This document shows positions 55,758 to 64,000 of a DNA stretch of 64,000 nucleotides, one piece after another. The notes under the pieces are model-generated. The model saw nothing but the letters and a program-made list of their open reading frames with translations. It did not search any database and was not told where the DNA came from. This DNA comes from the human T2T-CHM13v2.0 reference genome, Homo sapiens. Each line of letters begins with the position of its first letter. Position 1 is the stretch's first letter. The translations under genes and the position numbers were made by a program. The DNA lies in the NCBI RefSeq assembly GCF_009914755.1, contig NC_060925.1. One strand, 5' to 3'.

Positions 55758-55790
<33 letters not shown>
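55725..55790. repeat. Interrupted (AC)n microsatellite
   Basis: Direct read. Confidence 0.97.
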
Positions 55791-57849
55791 TTCACATGAT
55801 TCTTTGTACTTCCAGTCTCAGCATGCTTTTCCTTCCTTGGTGGCTCAAGTCTAGGCTGAGCATTCCTAGATTATGTGTTCATCCTCCTAATATTCTCTAT
55901 ACTATTTCCCTGTATACTTTGATGGCTTCTCCTGCAGGCCTCATGCACAGTTAGTAAGCGCTGGTTGTAACTAAATGAATAAATAAAGGAATTGCTGTAA
56001 CATAGAGAGCTGCTGTTCCTGAGAGATGACACTTTAAACACAAATAGGAGAGAATATTTTGTAGACAGACTTCTGAAGGCGGATACATTTTTCCTTTTGT
56101 CTGAGAATAACCAAAAATCTGGTTAGAGAAAGGCCGAGAGAAGTAATCTTTTCTCTATGCTTACTGCCCCCTTGTAAGATAAATTCAGAGTGGTCCCCTA
56201 AAGAATTGGGAGGATTAAACTGAAATGCCACCGAGATCCTATCTGAAAACACTTTAGGATAACATCTCCAACTCTAATGAGCCTCTTTACTGGCAGCAAA
56301 CAAAACCAAACATTTAGATATATTTACTGTTTTACAGCAGGTCGGACCTTATGGGTAAAATTTCCTAAATCATACTTTCCTTTGTTATTTTAGTTTTAGT
56401 TTATCACTCTTAGGTTTCCTTCCTAAGGATGCTAGAGAGCCAAGACACTTGTGAGCCCTATGGAAAGAAATTGTTCAATACCAACCAGCTCTTCCCCATA
56501 AAGAGGTAGTCATTTTCCTTTTTTTTTTTTTTTTGTATTTAAGACCTCGCTTATAGCATTTACTGTACCTTCTTATAGTGCAGCCATAATATTGGGTATT
56601 CAATAAATGTTTTATTGAATTGGATTGAATATTTTAGCTCTTACCTTAAAACATCTTTCTTACAGTAACAAACTGAGTGAAAAGTGCACAAATGGTCTCC
56701 ATTTTATGTTGGATTATACATGACATTTCTAGGAAGTGAAAAATGTAGGGAATTGCAGGGGCAATAATTTGTTGAGTGTTGGAGATAGAAATATCAACAA
56801 AATGATATACTCCAAGCTCATCAACTATTTAATGGTGCGTAGTTGGGTTCTATTCTGTGTCCTTAAGTTATTGTCACTGCCCTGTCATAAATTATAGTGA
56901 CATACACTGTAGCTATTTCTTACATTCTTCTGCAGCAGAGTAAGCAGAATTACCAATTTCACATTTTCTGTGCAGTTCCCTGTAGATGGGATGTTTTTTA
57001 AAAAGTGGGAGTTTGAATGAGAATAAAGGGTAGAAGGGCTATAACAACCCAAAATAAATAAATTTGTAAAATTCTATCATCATGCATGCATTTTCCCATG
57101 TGCTCTGGTGTGTAAATTCTTTTATCCCTAAATAGATAGCTGACAGAGAATATAAATGCTTATGTATCTTTAAAACAGCCACTATTCCAATACAAGAGAA
57201 GAATAAAACTAAAATGTTGGTATATGACTGCAGCCAGAAAAATCAAGAAATCTGCCTCTCCGCACTCCAGATTAGCTTGAAATTTTCTGTCTTCCTTTTC
57301 CCTTTTTGAATTCTAATTTTCTTTTTTTAAACTGGAGCATACGAATTTTGCAAAAGTACTTATTATTAGCTCTTCTCCACAGGTTTTGTTTGTTTCCAAA
57401 AAATTAGGTTTTCTTGGAAATTTGCTTTAGTGAGTAAACCATATTTAGAATATTATCTTGCTCAAACTAGACACTCAAAATGTATTAAATTAATTAATGT
57501 GTTTTACTTCATGTAAATGCACCTATTTGATTATACAGCTTTGAATAAGAAGATTTCAAAGAGAGATTGTAAAGAGAGGGATCACGTTTGAAATCCCTTT
57601 CAGCTCTAAGCTCCTTCTTTGCCATCCTTTTTTGGTCATCTTGTCTAAAACTTCAAAATTAGTATCTGAATGTAGCATGAAGCTACCCTAATCTCTACAC
57701 AGCAAAAAGGAAAAAAATATAACTCATAGAATGTGATGAAAACTATTTGAAGTATATTAAATATAAAAAATATTTGGCAGAATATACACAAAACGAAATA
57801 GTGTTTACCTGGAGAGGGTGTGATGGGAGAGTCTGGGCAGAATTTAGTT

Positions 57850-57975
57850 TCTTCCACTAGGTTATAAGTTTTATACAGCAAGGTCATGTCAGTTTTGTTT
57901 TCTATTGCGTGTCTAACTGCTAATATGAGGTTCAACCCATGGTACATGTTCAAGAAATACTTATTAAATGATATT
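57850..57975 (+). mobile_element. L2 3' terminus
   Basis: CTAGGTTATAAGTTTTATACAGCAAGGTCATGTC...GTTCAAGAAATACTTATTAAATGA. Confidence 0.65.
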
Positions 57976-59167
57976 CTATTCATTTTTCTTCTGTATAGGT
58001 TTTTACAAAGAAAAAATATTCCTTTTCTAGTCAGAAAAATAAACAATAAAGTTTTTTAAACACTTTGCAATACAGCATATTATTGAACCTCTGTAAACAT
58101 TTGTTGAGTGACTGAACCCAAGCAAAGAGCATGAAGTTAGTTGGGCAGACTGTGAAACATGAGCCACTGTTCTTTAGCAGCATGAAAACCACACCTTTTT
58201 CATCAGGTTAAAACTGAACACCTAACACAGGCATGCCCAGGTCACCTGTGTCATGGCTCTTCCCAGTGTTTCCCGTCATTAGGCTGATGTTAAAGAGGCC
58301 AGAACTTTCCAGTGGGAGCTTATCTGATATACCTCTACTCCACTTCAAATGTATCTCTAACTCCAGGTATTCACTTTCCTTCTTCTACAGACTTAGAGAA
58401 AGAAGTGTCATTTTCTATCTCAAAAGCTCACAACTCCACCTATGCCTGGGATCCAGTCCCCATGGTCCTGCTCCAGGGCCTGATTCCACCAAGCTGCCCT
58501 CTTGTTTCTGGCATACAACTCCTTACCATGGCTGTCCCCATCCATTCCACAACTGTGCAGGACTCATGTCTTCTAAGAATAAAAAATCAAACCTGCAGCA
58601 CCCAAGGAGCTGATCAAGCCACTGCCCCTTTAATAACTTCTCATCGCCTTCCCAAGGTAAATTATTCACTGAAAATCTGGGTGGCATTTGAAATCTGTGG
58701 GGAAGCTGGTGAGGTGGAATGGATAGTGATTTTGAAGTAGCCTACTCACCAGCAAGATACCATTCAATAGGTTTGGCTGGACTTCTGCTCCTTGGCTACT
58801 GCTGCTGATTCCCACTCCCAGCTCTGACTGTTGCATTAGCCTCATGAAGCTCTTTGTTGTCTCCAATGGGGACACAGTATTTAGCCTCATCATTCCCCTG
58901 TTGTCTGTGACCAGCCATAACCTTCTCATGGCTGTTTTCACGACTACATGACAGAGTTTTTTCAAGTTTTACATTACTATAAAATCAGACAAGGTTTTTG
59001 CTTCCTGATCACTCACTTTCTCCTTAAATCTTACGCTTCAGTTTCTGCTTCCACCATTTAATAAAACATCTCTCACGAAGAGATGATTAAGAAACTCTTA
59101 CTTGTGAAACAATGGTTTTCTTCAATTTCATTCTACTTCTGTTCTCTGGATTATACATTACTACAGA

Positions 59168-59363
59168 CTAGAGATCACCAACAGGCACCCTGTGGACCAA
59201 ATCAAGATAGCAATGTATTTTCCGTAAGGACATTGTTTTTAAAAAATATATTTCTTTTGAAGTCAGTTACTTTATATGAGTCACATGCATTTCACTTTTT
59301 CTTTGTCCCATGCCTTCTTATTACTTTAGACTTGGCTTGCTGCAATATTTGCTTGACCACTCT
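59168..59363. mobile_element. Possible hAT-Charlie MITE (MER58-like)
   Basis: TAGAGATCACCAAC...CCTGTGGACCAAATC at the left; TTTGCTTGACCACTCTA at the right as a degenerate TIR. Confidence 0.4.
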
Positions 59364-60656
59364 AAAGATTCAACTTTGCATCTCTTAGTTAGATGATTCT
59401 CTCCTTTGAGCTACTACTCTACTCGCTTTGTTGTTTTTAACTACCTTTAGGATCACTCTTCCTTTTTCTTCTCTCTCAAGTTCTTCCAACTCTGCTTCCT
59501 CATCCCATCTTTGAGATATAGATACTTTATAAAGATTTGCTCATAGTCTTTGTTTTTTCTCTAACCACACTCACTTCCTTGGTAATTTTGCTCAGTCTTA
59601 TACTCTCAATTGTCACCTTTACCTAGTGACTTCCAAGAATCCACCTGTCTCCTCCTGACTGCCTGTGGGTTCTAGTGTGCATTGTACATCTTCAGCAACA
59701 GTTCTGAAAACCATTTAAATTTAGTATATATAAGCCAATACTTTTCTTGTAGCCCTAAAACCTACTCTTTTTCCAACATATCCTTCTGGTTATTACTAAC
59801 CTCCTAATTGCCTACATTAAAAATGTCAATTATTACTATTATCTCTCTCTGATGTTTCTTTACTGTCAAGTTCTATTTATTTCCACCTATCCTATTTCTT
59901 TATCCTGATTTCCACTTCCCTTATATGATGCTCATGAAAAGTCAGTGTTTCTTTAATTTGATGGTGCTTCCAATAGAGTGAAATTTTTTTAATTACACAA
60001 AATAATGCACATCCAGTATCCAGTATTTTCCTAGACATACTACTGTTACTCTTTTTTAATATATGGTCTTTTAAAGATGGTATCTTATGTTTACAAGGTT
60101 CACCTTTCTTCCCCTTGATGAGTATCATGAGGTCTCATTTTCCACACCTGAGTGTCTCACAGACCTACCTCTCCTTCTTATAGAGACATTTCCCAAAGAA
60201 CATTTTACATTACATGCGTGTATAAAGGGAAGCCTGTAATTTTGACCTGGTAAGGAATGGGTGAGTTGCTGATCACCCTTCCTTTTTGTAATTCAGTTTA
60301 AGAAACAAGCTTCATTTTAAATTCCAATTCTATAGTCATATTTTCTACAATATTCATTATTTCATTCTTTCAACAAGTTAATATATTAACTTTTATTCCT
60401 AAACCAATTATTTTTTCCTTATTCATTTTACAACTCATTTCCAGATTAAACTTTCTGAAGCCTAGTTCCATTAAGTTTCCCCTACTATTCAAAAATGTAA
60501 CAATGGTTTCCTCTTGTATATAAAATATAACGTTCAACTCCAGTGTAGGGCATTCAATTCTTTCCACAACCTGAACCCAAATTTCTTTTCCAACCTGATT
60601 GTCCCACGTACATGTGTCACACCCTTCAGCTAAACCAAAACTTTCACCTTCCACCC

Positions 60657-61232
60657 TGTGGTGGATAGGCTCTGTGGTGGCCCCCCATCATCCCCATCTC
60701 CTGACATTTATGGCCTTGAATAGTACTTTCCCCTGAGTATGACCATGACCTGTGACTTGCTTCTAACCAATAGGATACAAGACAGGGGGAATGTGATTAC
60801 ATATTTATGATTATGTAGAGAAGATGGTGTGACCATCTTGTTAAAGTTTATTTTTTCCTGGCTGGATTTAAAGAACTACACTGCCATGTTGTAGGCTGCA
60901 TGTTGGGTGACCATTGTGACAAGGAACTTAGGGTGGCCCCTAGGAGCTGAGGATGGTCTCCAGTTGAACATCAACAAGACACTGAAATTCTCTGTCCTTT
61001 AACTGCAAGGAACTAAATTTTGCCAACGAAAATGAATCTTTCTCCAGTTGAGTTTCAGATGAGACTGTACTTCCAGGCAAATCCTTTTTGCAATCTTGTT
61101 CACCCCAAACAGAGGACTCAGCTAAGCTCTTCCCAGATTCCAGATACACAGAAATTTTAAGGTAATAAATGTGTGTTATATTAAACTGCAAATTAGTGAT
61201 AATTTCTTATTCTGCAATAGAAAACTACTACT
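60657..61232 (+). mobile_element. MaLR solo LTR, MLT1E-like
   Basis: TGTGGTGG...CCTGTGACTTGCTTCTAACCAATAG...GCAAGGAACTAAATTTTGCCAAC...AGAGGACTCAGCTAAGC...GCAATAGAAAACTA; 5-bp TSD CACC(C/T). Confidence 0.88.
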
Positions 61233-63169
61233 CACCTTTTGCTTTTGCATTATGTCTGAAAAGTCTTTCTCTATATGATCATATATTTTAACTCTACCAT
61301 ACATTATAACTCAATGCCAATTACTCCAAGAAGTATCCTCATGTCTTGGGAAGCAATCTATCCCATCTCTCAACTCCAACATCACCTTACTAGATCTGCT
61401 TCTATGAACATACTTCTTTTACATTTTTATTATGGGTGCTTATCTTCTCTTTTAGACCATAACCTTCTAAAACGCGGAATTTTATTTGATTCATCTTTAA
61501 AAACAAGGGATCCAACACGTTGCTTTGAATATGTTAATAGCTCAATAAATACTTTAACTAAATAACATTTTACAAAATATTTGAGCCTAAATATTTCGGT
61601 GCTAGGAAGATTAAAATATATGCTAACTTTCTGTTTTATACAATGACAAGCTTAGTGGGCAATGTATCACACTAGTAAATACTGCAGAGAAATAGACTCA
61701 TACTTCCAATTATTTATTTTTTCAGAACCTGCTCAAACTCCTTTGCATTGTGAAATATAAGAAGTTTTTTCTAAAGGAATGATATAAATACATAGTATTA
61801 GAAAAAATTAGAAATTAATTTTTATGTAAAAAATAATAGTTTTCTAAAGGTTTTACAAGGGCCTTACTATTAAAATGAAAGGAAAGCAGTTTAACTTTAT
61901 TTCTCCATTGTCTACAATATTTGTCTTCTACTGATAATGAACATTCTATCTGCTACACTCATAACTGTTGTCTGCATTGGGAGAATGATTTTGATTAACT
62001 TACATAAGGGCATAAAATAAAAATTTAACCTTTTTTAGTTTTTCAAAAAAGTCTATAAAAATAGTAAGTGAAATGAAAGCAATCTTCTATTAACAGGAAG
62101 ATAGTCTAGGGCTGAGTTTATGCTTTGTGGAGCATCCATGTTGTATGTGAAAGGTAGCTGTACTTTCATAAGAATTGCTGAATAGTAAAGAGAATTGGAA
62201 TAATGTTTAATATTACATATGGTAATACCATTAAAATATAAGCAGATTTATACATGTTTTCTCCTAGGAACATGTCTTCATGTACTAGTTTTCTGTCTAT
62301 ATTGAGAAGTCATGATTATTATATCCTTATTCTATACTAATTAGCTCATTTCCTAATAGCAGTAGGTGCCAGTGTATCAAAGATATAAGATTGTTCTGAA
62401 AACTGCTTAGATGTAACGGAGACTCAGGACACTTTTCTAAATTTTCATTTATTCAAATATTATTTATCTATAGAACTATGGTTTTTAAAAATAACATTTT
62501 TAGATCTGTACTATATAACCCTGGTAGAACCAGTATCACACCAAATGTGTTTGATAAACACCTCTAAATTGCTAAGAGTAAGATGAAAATGATCTTTTGT
62601 GATAAGAGATTTAAAAATGGTAGTCTATTTCAAAAATATCAAAAATAAAAGAAGGAATAAAAGCTTCACAATAAATTAATGCTTTACTCTCTAATATGCT
62701 TCCTTTAAGTATAAACCATTCCATTTAGCATTCAGAAACTGCTATTGAATCAGTCTACATCCAAAACATATTCACTCACTACAATTTGTGTTGTCATTTT
62801 GGAATATGACTTTAAAGCATGAGTCATAAAGCCTGTGAAGTGCTATTGTCAAAAAAGTCATAACATACGTTATTTAAAGGAACACATTAAATTCTGCATT
62901 ATTGTAAATATACTTTTCATAATGCTGTTTGCTAAAATACTTTAAAAAAATCTACAAATTTACTTTCAATAGCTTTTCATTGAATGGGAGATTTTTAAAG
63001 CATATACTCTGATTTTGTGCTTCTCTGCAAGGTAATAATTTCAACATTATCATTATCATGAGTACATTCTTTAAAATTTAAATGTCTTAAATTCAATATG
63101 CCTATAATTTTCTGTGAATCTGCACATATAAGTATCCACATGTAATTCTTATGAATATAGATTTCATCT

Positions 63170-63790
63170 CCTTTCCCCACCTATACCCACTTTCCTGCAG
63201 AACAGCTAGAGTAATCCATTTAAAATGAAACCCAGATTATGCCATTCTGCTACTTAAAACACTCCAATATCTCTCCATAACACTTAGGATAAACCAAATT
63301 ACTTGGCTGCTCAACACCCTACTTGATTGGTCCCTGCCTCAGCCTCTCTAATGTCAATGCCTATCATTCTTCCTTAGTTCCTATCATATCACACCCTGAA
63401 CTTCCTTAGTTCAGGGTGTGATAGCTATACTGGTAACATTCTGGCCCTTGAATGTCCTTGAATATCTGAAGATTTACCTCTGCATTATGGTCACAGCTGC
63501 TCCCCCTTTATCTTCCTATGCTTATTTCCTTCTTGACACGTAAATCTTAGCTTAAATGTCACCATCTCAGAGAAGTCTTTGTAGGTCACCAACCCAAAAG
63601 TAGCTGCCATCTTCCAAGCATTGCCCATAATGTTACCCCTGCTTAATTTCCATCTGAGCTGTCATCCTTTGTGTATGTAGGTGTATATATATATTTATTT
63701 TGGTTTGATGTCAGCCACACCCAACCAAAAGTAAGCGGCATAAACCTAGTGCCTGGCCCTTAGTAGATGTTTTGAAGGGATGAGTGGAAC
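63170..63790 (+). mobile_element. L2 3' fragment
   Basis: CAGCTAGAGTAATCCATTTAAAATG...CTACTTAAAACACTCCAAT...TCTTAGCTTAAATGTCACCATCTCAGAGAAG...CCTAGTGCCTGGC. Confidence 0.8.
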
Positions 63791-63819
63791 AGTAAGATAC
63801 AGAGGCCTTGCTGTAGCTT

Positions 63820-63990
63820 ACCTCCTAACTCTTAAGTTTTGGCTTTTTCTCTCATTTGCTATGTGACTTTAGGCAATTACTCAAACTCTCTAAGCCTATT
63901 TCCTCATCGGTAGAAATAAAATTGTCATACCTATTTCATGAGGATTTTTGAATAATAATGAGATACTACGTATTCAATATTTAACTTGTT
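63820..63990 (+). mobile_element. MIR
   Basis: GCTATGTGACTTTAGGCAATTACTCAAACTCTCTAAGCCTATTTCCTCATCGGTAGAA. Confidence 0.85.
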
Positions 63991-64000
63991 GATTGATACA

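Larger units (their letters stand above)
59000..61565 (+). mobile_element. Fragmented L2 (with nested insertions)
   Basis: Pyrimidine-rich L2 sense motifs (TCAGTTTCTGCTTCCACCATT, CACACTCACTTCCTTGG, AGACCATAACCTTCTAAAACGCGG...GCTCAATAAATAC). Confidence 0.6.

Noticed and set aside
58233-58965. Overlapping 126/142/99-aa ORFs
   Set aside because: No recognisable motifs, no convincing splice signals; probably degenerate repeat-derived sequence.

Overview
AT-rich, CpG-poor mammalian genomic DNA with no recognisable protein-coding exon, RNA gene, CpG island or prokaryotic system. It is almost certainly human, because it carries an AluYb-lineage insertion with the diagnostic 7-bp duplication at 40759-41071. 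It reads as intergenic or deep-intronic sequence. A large part is transposon fossils: an L1MA-type 3' end, a near-full-length L1PB, a truncated Tigger1, several Tigger MITEs (MER46, MER44, MER47), an ERVL gag-pro-pol remnant, THE1/MLT1/LTR33/LTR41-type solo LTRs, nine Alus and many L2/MIR fragments. ORFs with a recognisable product are all decayed transposon frames; the rest look like chance ORFs. I found no evidence for a new biological system. The most unusual signal is a series of local inverted duplications and fold-backs that repeat annotation does not explain: a perfect 33-bp-arm hairpin at 1239-1311; an ungapped 81-bp, ~89% identical inverted pair at 44390-45002 that extends beyond the MIR it contains; a ~48-bp inverted pair at 50929-51190; and an AT-rich minisatellite clamped by perfect 20-bp inverted repeats at 41485-41701. 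Subfamily names come from recalled consensus sequences and need RepeatMasker/Dfam confirmation. Boundaries of old elements are approximate.
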